Source: Mycobacteriales bacterium
GTDB lineage: Bacteria > Actinomycetota > Actinomycetes > JAFAQI01
Assembly: GCA_036267875.1 (NCBI GenBank)
Contig: DATAVE010000160.1
Coordinates: 5,420-69,419, forward strand
DNA length: 64,000 nt
Direction: 5' to 3'
Part shown: positions 29,147 to 38,704 of the stretch, in pieces
How positions within the stretch are numbered: position 1 is the first letter of the stretch
Layout: each line of letters begins with the position of its first letter
Notes under the pieces: generated by a model
Databases searched by the model: none
What the model was told of the DNA's origin: nothing
What the model saw: the letters and a program-made list of their open reading frames with translations, nothing else
Translations under genes and position numbers: made by a program

Positions 29147-30405
29147 CCGCTCCAGCCCTCCTCGAGGTCGACGGCTTCGTCGCAGCTGGCTTCGAGCCGG
29201 TCGCTGACGCGTTACGCGAAGCATCGGATCTGGGCGCCGGCGGCGCGGCGTTCGCGGCGTACGTCGACGGTCGGCTCGCGGTCGACATCCGGGCCGGATG
29301 GGCGCGACCGGGGCAGCCATGGCAGGACGACACCGTGATGCTGATCGCGTCGGTGACCAAGGGTCTCGCCGCGTTGTGCATCGAGCTGTTGAACGACCGC
29401 GGCCTGATCGACATGGACGAGAAGGTCACGACGTACTGGCCGGAGTACGGGCAGAACGGCAAGCAGGACACGACCGTCCGGATGATCCAGATGCATACCT
29501 GCGGTGTGATCGGCTTCCCGACCGTGCACCAGCTTCTCGCGTGGGATGGCACCGGCTGGGACGACCTCGCTGGCATCGCCGCGGGACTCGCCGCCGCCAA
29601 GCCCGCGTGGGAGCCGGGGACGCAGCACGGATACCACGCGGTGACGTACGGCTGGCTGGTCGGCGAGCTCGTCCGCCGGGTCACCGGAGGGATGACACTC
29701 GGGCAGTTCTTCGCAACGGAGTACGCCACTCCGCTCGGCGCCGACGTGCACATCGGCGCGACGCCGGACGTTCTCGCGCGGATGGCTCAGGTCTATGTCA
29801 GCAGCCCGGATGAGCTCAAGGGCCCGGAGAAGTTCGTGATGAATCTCGTGAGCAAGCGGCTACGCGGCAACACTCTCGCCGGGCAGGCGTTTCTGAGCGA
29901 CGGCAAGGCCTCGATCATGGACTCGATCGACAAGCTGCTGGAGAACGACAAGTTCTTGACCGCAGAGGTCCCGGCGAGCAACGGGCTGGCGACCGCTCGA
30001 GGTCTAGCGCGTTCATTCCAGGTTCTCGCCCAGGGCGGCGAGGTTGACGGTCACCGCTATCTGTCGGCTGAGTCGGTGCAGGAGTGGATCAAGCCGGCCG
30101 CACGTCGCGGCGACTACATCCTGAAGAAGTCGATCCCGTTCGCCGGCGTACTCGGGCTGGAGAAGAAGACGCTGCTGACCCGGACGCTTGGCTACGGGGC
30201 GAACGAACCGGCGCCGGGCGCCAAACCTGCATACGGCCCGACGCCCCAGACGGTTGCGGCGGAGGGCGCCGGCGGCCACATCATGTTCGCCGACCCGGTA
30301 CGCCGCGTGAGTGTCGGTTTCGTGCGCAGCCAGATGAGCGGCAAGCACAACACTTCAGACCCGCTCTTCGCCGCGCTCTACTCCTGCCTCGATTCCCCGA
30401 AGTAG
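29143..30405 (+). CDS. serine hydrolase, beta-lactamase/esterase family (paralog of 2801-4072)
   Basis: S-x-x-K motif SVTKG. N-terminus GFVAAGFEPVADALREASDLGAGGAAFAAYVDG parallels 2801-4072. ATGA overlap with LivHMG. Confidence 0.8.
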   Translation: MTAPALLEVDGFVAAGFEPVADALREASDLGAGGAAFAAYVDGRLAVDIRAGWARPGQPWQDDTVMLIASVTKGLAALCIELLNDRGLIDMDEKVTTYWPEYGQNGKQDTTVRMIQMHTCGVIGFPTVHQLLAWDGTGWDDLAGIAAGLAAAKPAWEPGTQHGYHAVTYGWLVGELVRRVTGGMTLGQFFATEYATPLGADVHIGATPDVLARMAQVYVSSPDELKGPEKFVMNLVSKRLRGNTLAGQAFLSDGKASIMDSIDKLLENDKFLTAEVPASNGLATARGLARSFQVLAQGGEVDGHRYLSAESVQEWIKPAARRGDYILKKSIPFAGVLGLEKKTLLTRTLGYGANEPAPGAKPAYGPTPQTVAAEGAGGHIMFADPVRRVSVGFVRSQMSGKHNTSDPLFAALYSCLDSPK

Positions 30406-30482
30406 CACACGACCTGCCCGCCCGGCGGTCGGTATGCGGCGAATCGCCCGAATCGGGGCCCAGGTCGTGTGCTACTTCGGGG
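30395..30482. terminator. 22-bp perfect inverted repeat (CCCCGAAGTAGCACACGACCTG ... CAGGTCGTGTGCTACTTCGGGG) with a 44-nt spacer between convergent genes; putative bidirectional terminator or structured element
   Basis: Read directly from the sequence. The arms overlap the stop codons of the hydrolase (+) and the TetR gene (-). Confidence 0.5.
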
Positions 30483-30483
30483 A

Positions 30484-31083
30484 CTAGTCGTCGAGGAGGA
30501 GGTGCGCTACCCGCTTCCAGGCGGCGACTCGCATAGACGTCGCTCGCTCGCTGCGAACCACCTGGGCACGCATCGCGGCTCGCATCGCATCGACGACGAC
30601 CAGCAACACGGTCTCGTAGTTCGGGTGGTCGACATACTCCGGCCATTGGGCGGCGGCCATTGCGCGGATCTGCTCGCTGAGCATCCGGTTCTGCCGGGTC
30701 AGCGCCTCGCGCAGCTCAGGGTCGTTGCGGGCAGCCGCCCATAGCTCGTCCGCGGCGAGCGCGAGCGGGCTGTTGCCGACCCGCCACAGTGCATCGATGC
30801 CCTTGTCGATGCCGCGGTGCTCCGGTGAGGTGGTCGATTCGTAGAACACCTGCCGCTGTCCCGCGAACAGCTCGTCGACGGCGGCGACGAGCAGCTCGGC
30901 TCGGGACGGGAAGTGGTGGAGCAGTGCACCGCGCGATACGCCGGCACGTCGCTGAACCTCGAGCGTCGTCGTCTTCGAATGCCCCAGCTCGACAAGAGAG
31001 TCGATCGCCGCGGCGATGATGCGGCCACGGGTCTCTGCACTGCGCTCGGCCTGAGTACGCCGAGGCCCTGCGGTCGTCGTCAC
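30484..31083 (-). CDS. TetR family transcriptional regulator
   Basis: HTH TTTLEVQRRAGVSRGALLHHFPSRAEL. Last gene of the beta-oxidation operon. Confidence 0.8.
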   Translation of the reverse strand: MTTTAGPRRTQAERSAETRGRIIAAAIDSLVELGHSKTTTLEVQRRAGVSRGALLHHFPSRAELLVAAVDELFAGQRQVFYESTTSPEHRGIDKGIDALWRVGNSPLALAADELWAAARNDPELREALTRQNRMLSEQIRAMAAAQWPEYVDHPNYETVLLVVVDAMRAAMRAQVVRSERATSMRVAAWKRVAHLLLDD

Positions 31084-31090
31084 GAATCGC

Positions 31091-32335
31091 TCAGCTGAGC
31101 AGGCCGCGCGCGACGTGGGTGATCTGTACCTCGTTGCTCCCGGCGTAGATCATCAGTGACTTTGCGTCACGGGCGAGCTGCTCGACGCGGTACTCCGACA
31201 TGTAGCCGTTGCCGCCGAAAAGCTGCACTGCCTCCATGGCAACCTCGGTGGCTGCCTGCGAGGAGTAGTACTTCATCGCGGAGGCCTCGGCCAGCGTCGG
31301 CGTCTGGCCCGCGCGACGCAGCTCGATGGTGCGGAACACCATGTTCTGCACGTTCTGCCGAGCCACTTCCATGTTGGCGAGCTTGAGCTGGATGAGCTGG
31401 AACTCACCGATCTTCTGACCCCACAGCTCGCGGTTCTTCGAATAGTCGATGCACAGCGACAGGCACTCCTCGATGACGCCCAGGGACATCGCCGCAATGC
31501 CGATCCGCTCCGTCGTGAAGTTCGAGCGCGCGCTGTCCCGACCGTCCTGGCCACTACCGCCACCATTGAGCAGGCGGTCCTCGCCGACGTGGAGGTCAGA
31601 GAAGAACAGCTGACCGGTGGGCGAGGAGTGGATGCCCATCTTCTTGAACGGCTTGGACTGGGTGAGGCCTTCCATGCCGGCGTCCAGCACGAAGGTCAGC
31701 ACCGGACGGCGGCGCTTGTCGTCGTTGCTGCCGTCGTCGAGCTTGGCGTAGACGACCATCGTGTCGGCGTACGGACCGTTGGTGATGAAGGTCTTCTCGC
31801 CGTTGAGGACATAGCCGTCGGCGACCGGGCGGGCCGTCGTCGTCATTCCACCGAACGCGTCCGAGCCGGAGTTCGGCTCGGTGATCGCCCACGCGCCGAC
31901 CTTCTCGAAGCTCATCAGGTCGCGCGCCCAGCGCTCCTTCTGCTCGATGCTGCCGCGCGAGGAGATCGTGCCGCCCGCGAGGCCCATGCTGACGCCCATC
32001 GCGGCGGTCAGCCCCATCGCGACCTTGGTCAGCTCGATCGACAGGATGAGCTGCATGGCATCGTCGCCTCCGGCGACGCTATCTGCAGAGTCCGCGCCAC
32101 CCTCGCCGTCGGAGTCCGACGAGGCGGCCGTGCTGCCCTTCTCCTTGGCGATCCGCTTGTCGAACGCGTCGGCCATCATCGCGTCGATGCCGAACGTCGC
32201 GAACAGCTTGCGGATCAGCGGGTACGGCAGCATCTCACCGGACTCGAGTGCGTCCATGTGCGGCCGGATCTCGGCATTGGCGAAGTCCCGGATCGCGTCC
32301 CGGATTGCGAGCTCGGTGTCAGACCAGCCGATCAT
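31091..32335 (-). CDS. acyl-CoA dehydrogenase with a low-complexity Asp/Ser/Gly insertion
   Basis: ACAD N-, middle and C-terminal motifs (WITEPNSGSDA...; GGNGYMSEYRVEQLARDAK). Acidic insertion KEKGSTAASSDSDGEGGADSADS. Confidence 0.8.
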   Translation of the reverse strand: MIGWSDTELAIRDAIRDFANAEIRPHMDALESGEMLPYPLIRKLFATFGIDAMMADAFDKRIAKEKGSTAASSDSDGEGGADSADSVAGGDDAMQLILSIELTKVAMGLTAAMGVSMGLAGGTISSRGSIEQKERWARDLMSFEKVGAWAITEPNSGSDAFGGMTTTARPVADGYVLNGEKTFITNGPYADTMVVYAKLDDGSNDDKRRRPVLTFVLDAGMEGLTQSKPFKKMGIHSSPTGQLFFSDLHVGEDRLLNGGGSGQDGRDSARSNFTTERIGIAAMSLGVIEECLSLCIDYSKNRELWGQKIGEFQLIQLKLANMEVARQNVQNMVFRTIELRRAGQTPTLAEASAMKYYSSQAATEVAMEAVQLFGGNGYMSEYRVEQLARDAKSLMIYAGSNEVQITHVARGLLS

Positions 32336-32356
32336 CTATGTACCCCTCTTGAAGCG

Positions 32357-33237
32357 TCAGGACCAGTCGGTGAGGCGCTGCTCTACCTCGGTGATTGTCC
32401 ACGGCTTGTCGGTCTCCGCCTTGTTGGCGTAGCTCCACCCGGCGAGCTCGGAGATGTGACTGCCAGCGACCTCGTAGACCTTGCCGGTGATGCCGCAGTT
32501 GGCGGTCGACAGGTATGCGACGAGCGGTGAGATCCCGGCCGGGTCGAATGGGTCGAGTGCGCCTGGGTCCTCGGGCTTGGCCATCATCACGTCGATGCCC
32601 GGCGTCGCCAGGGTGAGGCGGGTCCGCGCAAGCGGCGTGATCGCGTTGGCGCGTACGCCGTAGCGGCCGAGCTCCTGAGCCGCGACGAGCGTCATCGCGG
32701 CGATGCCCGCCTTGGCGGCGCCGTAGTTGACCTGGCCCGGGTTCGGCAGTGTCGTACCGGAGCTGGACGAGGTGTTGACGATCGCCGCGTTGACCGTGGC
32801 GCCCGACTTGCTCTGGTCCTTCCAGTACTCCGCCGCGTGGCGCATCACGCAGAAGTGACCCTTGAGGTGAACCGCGATGACTGCGTCCCACTGCTCTTCG
32901 GACAGGCCCGCGAGGAAGCCGTCGCGCAGGATGCCCGCGTTGTTGATGACGACGTCGAGCTGACCGAACTCCTCGACTGCCTGAGCGACGAGGCTTTTGC
33001 CGCCGTCCCAGGTCGCGACGTTGTCGGTGTTGGCGACAGCGTGGCCACCGAACGCCTTGATCTCCTCGACTACCTCTTGCGCCGGGCCGGTGTCCGAGCC
33101 GGAGCCGTCGTTCGCGCCGCCGAGGTCGTTGATCACGACCGCCGCACCCTCACGGGCGAACAGCAGCGCGTGCTCACGACCGATTCCGCGACCAGCTCCG
33201 GTGATGACAGCCACGCGGCCGTCGAGTGCTCCCACTT
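32357..33237 (-). CDS. short-chain dehydrogenase/reductase (SDR), MFE-2 N-terminal-like 3-hydroxyacyl-CoA dehydrogenase
   Basis: Rossmann motif VITGAGRGIG and an S/YxxxK region. GTG start preceded by AGAGGGG. The long N-terminal extension in the ORF track is rejected. Confidence 0.7.
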
Positions 33238-33263
33238 CGTATGCCCCTCTATATATAGGTGTG

Positions 33264-34124
33264 TCAGTCCGCGATGACGGCGAGGCCGTCCTTGATGACG
33301 ACGTCGTCACCGACACGGGTCTCGAATGCGTAGTTGGTTGCGCCGGCCGAGGAGCCGGTGGCGAAGAACGTCGACTCGATGTCCTGGCCCGGGATGACCG
33401 GCTTGGAGAACCGGACGGCGAGCCGGCGAAGCCGCTCGGTGTGACCGTTGCCCAGCTCGGTGAGCGCAGCCCACGACGTGAAGGCCATCGAGCACAGCCC
33501 GTGGGCGATGATCCCCGGCAGGCCGACCGACTTTGCGAACTCCGCATCCAGGTGGATCGGCATCGGGTCACCCGAGGCGGGCGAATACCGGAACGTCTGG
33601 TCCTCGTCGACGTGCTGGACGGTCTTGGCCACCGGTGCCAGGCCGTGCGCAGCTGCGTCGAATGCGTGCGTCGGGGCGAGCTCCCCGACCGACTCGCCGG
33701 CGTCGATACCGCGGATGAAGGTCGACACGTACTGCTCGTTGACGAGGTCGCCGTTGGCGTCATGCGTCTCGATGTAGACCGCACCGACCGTGCCGCTGGC
33801 CTTGCCCGCGTAGCCGATCACCTTGCCGCGCGAGGTGAGCTGGTCGCCCGCCTTGATCGGACGGTGGAAGGTGAAGTCCTGCTCGCCGTGCAGCACGAAC
33901 GGCGCGATGGTGTCGGGTGCGACCGCGAACAGCTGGCTCAGCAGGATGTCGAAGATGGGTACGACGGCGAACACCGGCGGCGCGATCTCACCGGAGAGGT
34001 GAGCCGCGATCGGGTCGTTCGTCGCCGCGGCGTACGCCGCGATCCGCTCGGCGGTGACGTCGAAGAGCTTGTTGTCGCTCCAGAGGCCGACGCCAGCCGG
34101 GTTGAACTTCGTCGTCTCGCTCAT
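33264..34124 (-). CDS. MaoC-like (R)-specific enoyl-CoA hydratase, double hotdog
   Basis: Hotdog motifs; start MSETTKF overlaps the thiolase stop (ATGA). Confidence 0.75.
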   Translation of the reverse strand: MSETTKFNPAGVGLWSDNKLFDVTAERIAAYAAATNDPIAAHLSGEIAPPVFAVVPIFDILLSQLFAVAPDTIAPFVLHGEQDFTFHRPIKAGDQLTSRGKVIGYAGKASGTVGAVYIETHDANGDLVNEQYVSTFIRGIDAGESVGELAPTHAFDAAAHGLAPVAKTVQHVDEDQTFRYSPASGDPMPIHLDAEFAKSVGLPGIIAHGLCSMAFTSWAALTELGNGHTERLRRLAVRFSKPVIPGQDIESTFFATGSSAGATNYAFETRVGDDVVIKDGLAVIAD

Positions 34125-35317
34125 CGGTTGGCCGGGCGGTACGCCGTTACGACAGCGGCGCCGCCGAGGCCGATGTTGTGCTGGAGCGCGACCTTCGCGC
34201 CGTCGACCTGACGGGCGTCGGCGGTGCCGCGCAGTTGCCAGGTGAGCTCCGCGCACTGCGCGAGGCCGGTGGCGCCGAGCGGGTGGCCCTTGGAGATCAG
34301 ACCGCCGGACGGGTTGACGACCCAGCGGCCGCCGTACGTCGTGTCGTCGTTGTCGACGAGCTTGCCGCCTTCGCCTTCCGCACACAGGCCGAGCGCTTCG
34401 TAGGTCAGCAGCTCGTTGGCGGAGAAGCAGTCGTGCAGCTCGATGACCTGGACATCGTCGGCGCTGATACCGGCCTGGTCGTAGACCTTGCGGGCGGCTT
34501 CCTTGCTCATGTCGTAGCCGACGAGAGTGGCCGCCGAGTTGTTCTCGAACGTGCTGCGCATGTCGGTGACCATGGCCTGTCCGACGATCTCGATCGCGCG
34601 GTCACCGAGACCGTGCTCCTCGACGAACTTCTCGCTGGCGATGACCGCCGCGCCGGAGCCGTCAGAGGTCGGCGAGCACTGCAGCTTGGTCAGCGGCAGC
34701 TTGTCGTAGATGACCTTCGACTCCTTGATCTCGTCGAGGGTGTAGACGTCCTGGAACTGCGCGTAGGGATTGTTCGCGGAGTGGCGGTGGTTCTTCTCGC
34801 CGATCTTCGCGAAGTGGTCCGGCGTGGTGCCGTACTTCTCCATGTGCTCGACGCCCGCGGCGCCGAACATCCATGGTGCGAGCGGAAGCGCCATCTCGCG
34901 CTTCTCGTTGAGCGCGAGGACGTGCTTCTGCATCGGGTTCTCGCGGTCCTCGAACGTCGCCTGGAGCGAGCCGCGCTGCATCTTCTCGAAGCCGAGGGCC
35001 AGGGCGCACTCGGCGACGCCGCTGCGGACTGCCTGGTTGGCGAGGTAGAGCGCCGTCGAGCCGGTCGAGCAGTTGTTGTTGACGTTGATGACCGGGATGC
35101 CGGTCAGGCCCAGCTCATAGACCGCGCGCTGGCCGCAGGTGGACTCGCCGTACACGTAGCCGACGTAGGCCTGCTCGATCGCCTCGTAGGAGACGCCGGC
35201 GTCTTCGAGCGCCTTCGTGCCGGACTCCCGTGCCATGTCGGGGTAGTCCCATTCGCGGCTTCCGGGCTTCTCGAACTTCGTCATCCCGACGCCGATGACG
35301 TAGGTCTTCGCGGGCAT
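34121..35317 (-). CDS. SCP2-type thiolase / lipid-transfer protein (Ltp-like)
   Basis: Thiolase fold with [11 protein letters not shown] and C-terminal GHPLGATG. Confidence 0.8.
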   Translation of the reverse strand: MPAKTYVIGVGMTKFEKPGSREWDYPDMARESGTKALEDAGVSYEAIEQAYVGYVYGESTCGQRAVYELGLTGIPVINVNNNCSTGSTALYLANQAVRSGVAECALALGFEKMQRGSLQATFEDRENPMQKHVLALNEKREMALPLAPWMFGAAGVEHMEKYGTTPDHFAKIGEKNHRHSANNPYAQFQDVYTLDEIKESKVIYDKLPLTKLQCSPTSDGSGAAVIASEKFVEEHGLGDRAIEIVGQAMVTDMRSTFENNSAATLVGYDMSKEAARKVYDQAGISADDVQVIELHDCFSANELLTYEALGLCAEGEGGKLVDNDDTTYGGRWVVNPSGGLISKGHPLGATGLAQCAELTWQLRGTADARQVDGAKVALQHNIGLGGAAVVTAYRPANR

Positions 35318-35446
35318 ATCTCACCTCGTTGTGAAGGGGTCGACTGCGCCGTCCGGTCGGTCGTGGAGGCCACTGGCCGCCGTAGGCGTCAGAGTTCGCA
35401 CTCTTACGGTCAATCATGACTGTTTGTCAGTTTTGCGTCAATGCGG

Positions 35447-35464
35447 ACGTGATGATCATCACGT
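35447..35464. promoter_or_regulatory. 18-bp perfect palindrome ACGTGATGATCATCACGT upstream of the beta-oxidation operon; candidate operator
   Basis: Read directly in the intergenic region between the thiolase start (35317, -) and the CHAP gene start (35520, +). Confidence 0.4.
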
Positions 35465-35519
35465 ACGGAAGCCGCGGGTCGTTAATGGAGCGGTAACCCC
35501 GCCCGAGTTGGATGGACTC

Positions 35520-36020
35520 ATGCGCAAGTTGGGGATCGCTGGGGCTGTCCTGGGCTGTTTGGCGGTCGTTGCTCCCGCGCAGGCAGCAGGCGGCTATCCG
35601 TGGGCAAATGTGGGCGTCGGCCAGATGGATTCGTGGGGTTTCAACGCCAGGCAGTGCACGTCGTACGTCGCCTGGCGGCTGCATCAGTCGGGTGACGCCG
35701 CGTTCCAGGACAACATGATTGCGCCGACGGGACGGTCGGTGCAGTGGGGCAACGCCGACCATTGGGCCATCGCAGCTCGGCAGCTCGGCTACGTCGTCAG
35801 CAAAACACCCGCGGTCGGAACCGTCGCCCAGTGGAACAGCTTCGAGAAGTCGAGCTATAAGGGCTGGACGATCACCGCATCGGCCTACGGTCACGTCGCC
35901 TACGTCGTTGCGGTCTACAGCGATGGCTCGGTCAAGGTCGACGAGTACGACGCGACGCGCTCGCATGGCTTCAGCACTGAGCGCCTTCGAGCACCGAGGT
36001 TCCTCTACATCCGCGGTTGA
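35520..36020 (+). CDS. secreted CHAP-domain protein (putative peptidoglycan amidase/peptidase)
   Basis: Signal peptide, then a CHAP-like Cys/His pair (QCTSYVAWR ... GHVAYVV). Confidence 0.65.
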   Translation: MRKLGIAGAVLGCLAVVAPAQAAGGYPWANVGVGQMDSWGFNARQCTSYVAWRLHQSGDAAFQDNMIAPTGRSVQWGNADHWAIAARQLGYVVSKTPAVGTVAQWNSFEKSSYKGWTITASAYGHVAYVVAVYSDGSVKVDEYDATRSHGFSTERLRAPRFLYIRG

Positions 36021-36937
36021 TACGTGCTGTACTCCTCGCCGTGTCATGGCAGAGCAAGGCCGTAGAGGGTGTGCTTCGAGTGCTCGGCGCGAAGCGCCGT
36101 GGCGACAGCGCAGAGAAGATGCAGCGGGTAGTCGCGAAGTCGCGGACCAAGGTGAAAGACCCGGCTCCGAAGGCCAAATGGTTGACCGACCTCAACCTCG
36201 CCGACACCACCGCATTCGGCATGCGGGTCTTCGAGCTGACGCCGCGGTCCGGCGCCTCCGATCAGCGGGTCGTCTACCTGCACGGTGGGTCGTACACCTT
36301 CGAAGTCGCGGGTCCGCACTGGACGTTCCTGACCCACCTCGCGCGGACGACGGGGGCGCAGGTCTCGGTGGCGATCTACCCGCTGGCACCCGAGACGACC
36401 GCCGCCAAGACGGTCCCGATCGCTACCGACTGGGCCGAGAGCATCATCGACGCGAGCGAGCCCGGCACGGTCACCGTCATGGGGGACAGCGCCGGCGGCG
36501 GCCTGTCGCTTGCCGTCGTGCAGCAGCTGCTGGCTCGTGGCAAGCAGCCGCGGCAGACCGTGCTGATCTCACCCTGGCTCGACGTCACGATGACCGACCC
36601 GGCGCTGGCTGCGATCGACCCGAACGACGCGATGCTGAGCATTGGCGGTCTGGCGCATTGCGGCAAGCTCTACGCCGGCGATCTCGATGTGACGGACCCG
36701 TTGGCGAGCCCGCTGTTCGGCGAGCTCGACGGCCTCGCGCCGATCGAGGTCTATACGGGGACGCACGACATCCTGAACGTCGATGCGCACAACCTGGTCA
36801 AGCGCGCTGCGGGGCACAACGTCGAGGTCCGGCTGCACGAAGAGGCGGACATGCCGCACGTCCACCCGCTGCTTGCGATCATTCCGGAGGGCAAGCGCGC
36901 TCGCGACCAGATCGTCGCCAACGTACGTAGCGCGTAG
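36017..36937 (+). CDS. alpha/beta hydrolase, esterase/lipase (HSL family); start uncertain
   Basis: VVYLHGGSY oxyanion region, GDSAGGG nucleophile elbow, C-terminal HVHP. Confidence 0.65.
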   Translation: MIRAVLLAVSWQSKAVEGVLRVLGAKRRGDSAEKMQRVVAKSRTKVKDPAPKAKWLTDLNLADTTAFGMRVFELTPRSGASDQRVVYLHGGSYTFEVAGPHWTFLTHLARTTGAQVSVAIYPLAPETTAAKTVPIATDWAESIIDASEPGTVTVMGDSAGGGLSLAVVQQLLARGKQPRQTVLISPWLDVTMTDPALAAIDPNDAMLSIGGLAHCGKLYAGDLDVTDPLASPLFGELDGLAPIEVYTGTHDILNVDAHNLVKRAAGHNVEVRLHEEADMPHVHPLLAIIPEGKRARDQIVANVRSA

Positions 36938-36964
36938 CCGCCAAACCTGGTGGAGTGAGCCACC

Positions 36965-38536
36965 GTGGACGAACACGATTTCCAAAGACGGTTCGACCGC
37001 GTCGGGACGTACGTCTCCTGGATCACCGCGGCCGCGCTTGCCGGAACGCTGACCTTCGACCAATACGGGTCGAACCACCCGCAGCGGCACTGGGTCTACC
37101 TGGTACTGATGGGCGTCTGCGCGCTCATCGCGATCGGCTACGGCTCGCAGCTGCTGATCGCCGGCCGGACCGGGAGCGCCGGCCGGCTGAGGTTGTCCAC
37201 GACCGGTTCGATCATCCAGCTGGTCCTGAGTACGGCGGGTCTCACCTGGCTGTGCGCGATCACCGACGGCATCGCTCGGCCGTTCTGGTTGTTCTTTCTC
37301 GTCGCGCAGATCCCGGCGGCGATCAGCCTGCCCGTGTTGGTGACGGTCTTCTTCGGCTTCATGGCTTCGGGCGGCGTGGTGCTGTCCTCCTTCATCGCCG
37401 GCACTGCCACCGACAACAACCGCGGCTCGATGCTCTTCGTCTGCACCTTGCTTCCTGCCGCGGCTTGGTACATCGCGGTGATCACCGACGGAATCCGCCG
37501 AGCGCAGGAGAGCGCGGTCGCCGACAAGCACCGGCTCGACGCCGGCGTCGACGAGTTGTCGACCGTCATGGCGAAAGCAGCGCAGGGCGATCTTGGTACG
37601 TCGGTCACTGCGGAGGCATTCGACGACGAGTCGCTGCAGAAGCTCAGCAGCTCACTGGACTACACACTCGGCTCGCTTCGGTCGCTGGTCGGTCAGATCC
37701 GCGGAGGTGGCGAGCAGATCAGCGCGTCCGCACAGGAGCTGCTTGCCTCGGCAGAGGACCACGCAGCTTCGGCGACTCAGCAGTCGTCCGCTGTCTCCGA
37801 GACGACGTCGACCATCGAGGAGCTCGCTGCTACGGCGGCGCAGATCGCGGACACCTCGGAGTCAGTCGCGCGCTACGCCGCCGAGACGTTGCGCCACGCC
37901 GAGGACGGCCGCGAGGCCGTGTCCGCTTCCGTCGAGGCGATGGACACGATCGCGATGCGCGTCGAGCAGATCGGCACCCGGGCGATCTCGCTCGGTCAGA
38001 AGGGCCACGAGATCGGCCGGATCCTCGAGGTGATCAACGACCTTGCCGACCAGACCAACCTGCTCGCGTTGAACGCCGCCATCGAGGCGGCTCGGGCGGG
38101 CGAGAACGGCCGCGGCTTCGCGGTTGTTGCCGCCGAGGTCCGCAAGCTCGCCGAGCGGGCGCAGCAGTCGACCGGTCAGATCTCGGCGATCGTGTCGGAG
38201 ATCCAGGCGGAGACCTCGGCGACGATCCTCGCGAGCGAGGAAGGCAGCAAGGACGTCCGCCACGGCTCCGAGCTCGCCCACGTTGTCGTCGATGCGCTCG
38301 AGCGGATCAGCGGCATGGTCGACGAGACCACCACTGCCGCGAAGGAGATCTCCGTCGCCACTCAGCAGCAGCGGTCCGCGTCCGACCAGGTCGTCGCTGC
38401 GATGACCCAGGTGTCCGATGTCTCGCGTCAGTACGCCGTCGGCTCCAAGCAGTCCGCGGCGGCGGCGGCCCAGCTCAACAACTTGGCGGCCGAACTCCGT
38501 GCAGCGATCTCCCAGTTCCGAGTCGAGCCGCGTTGA
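36965..38536 (+). CDS. methyl-accepting chemotaxis protein-like transducer with a multi-TM N-terminal domain
   Basis: C-terminal MCP signalling domain ([34 protein letters not shown]). N-terminal about 200 aa has 5-6 hydrophobic helices and no periplasmic ligand-binding domain. Confidence 0.75.
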   Translation: MDEHDFQRRFDRVGTYVSWITAAALAGTLTFDQYGSNHPQRHWVYLVLMGVCALIAIGYGSQLLIAGRTGSAGRLRLSTTGSIIQLVLSTAGLTWLCAITDGIARPFWLFFLVAQIPAAISLPVLVTVFFGFMASGGVVLSSFIAGTATDNNRGSMLFVCTLLPAAAWYIAVITDGIRRAQESAVADKHRLDAGVDELSTVMAKAAQGDLGTSVTAEAFDDESLQKLSSSLDYTLGSLRSLVGQIRGGGEQISASAQELLASAEDHAASATQQSSAVSETTSTIEELAATAAQIADTSESVARYAAETLRHAEDGREAVSASVEAMDTIAMRVEQIGTRAISLGQKGHEIGRILEVINDLADQTNLLALNAAIEAARAGENGRGFAVVAAEVRKLAERAQQSTGQISAIVSEIQAETSATILASEEGSKDVRHGSELAHVVVDALERISGMVDETTTAAKEISVATQQQRSASDQVVAAMTQVSDVSRQYAVGSKQSAAAAAQLNNLAAELRAAISQFRVEPR

Positions 38537-38704
38537 TAGCGCTGGCGAGATGGGCGGCATCTGCGACGAGGATGAGCTTCGCTCCGCTGGGGAGTCGCCG
38601 ATCGAGAACCTCTGGAGCGACCCATCCATGGCCCGGCAGATCGTGAGAATCACCGCGTCGCATCCCAAGCCAAAGCTGCGCGGGCTTAGGTGCCACTCAG
38701 TTAG

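Noticed and set aside
32357-33784. 475-aa form of the SDR ORF with a 180-aa N-terminal extension
   Set aside because: The extension is Ser/Thr/Arg-rich junk read through the 3' end of the MaoC gene in another frame. A GTG start with AGAGGGG upstream gives a normal about 293-aa SDR.
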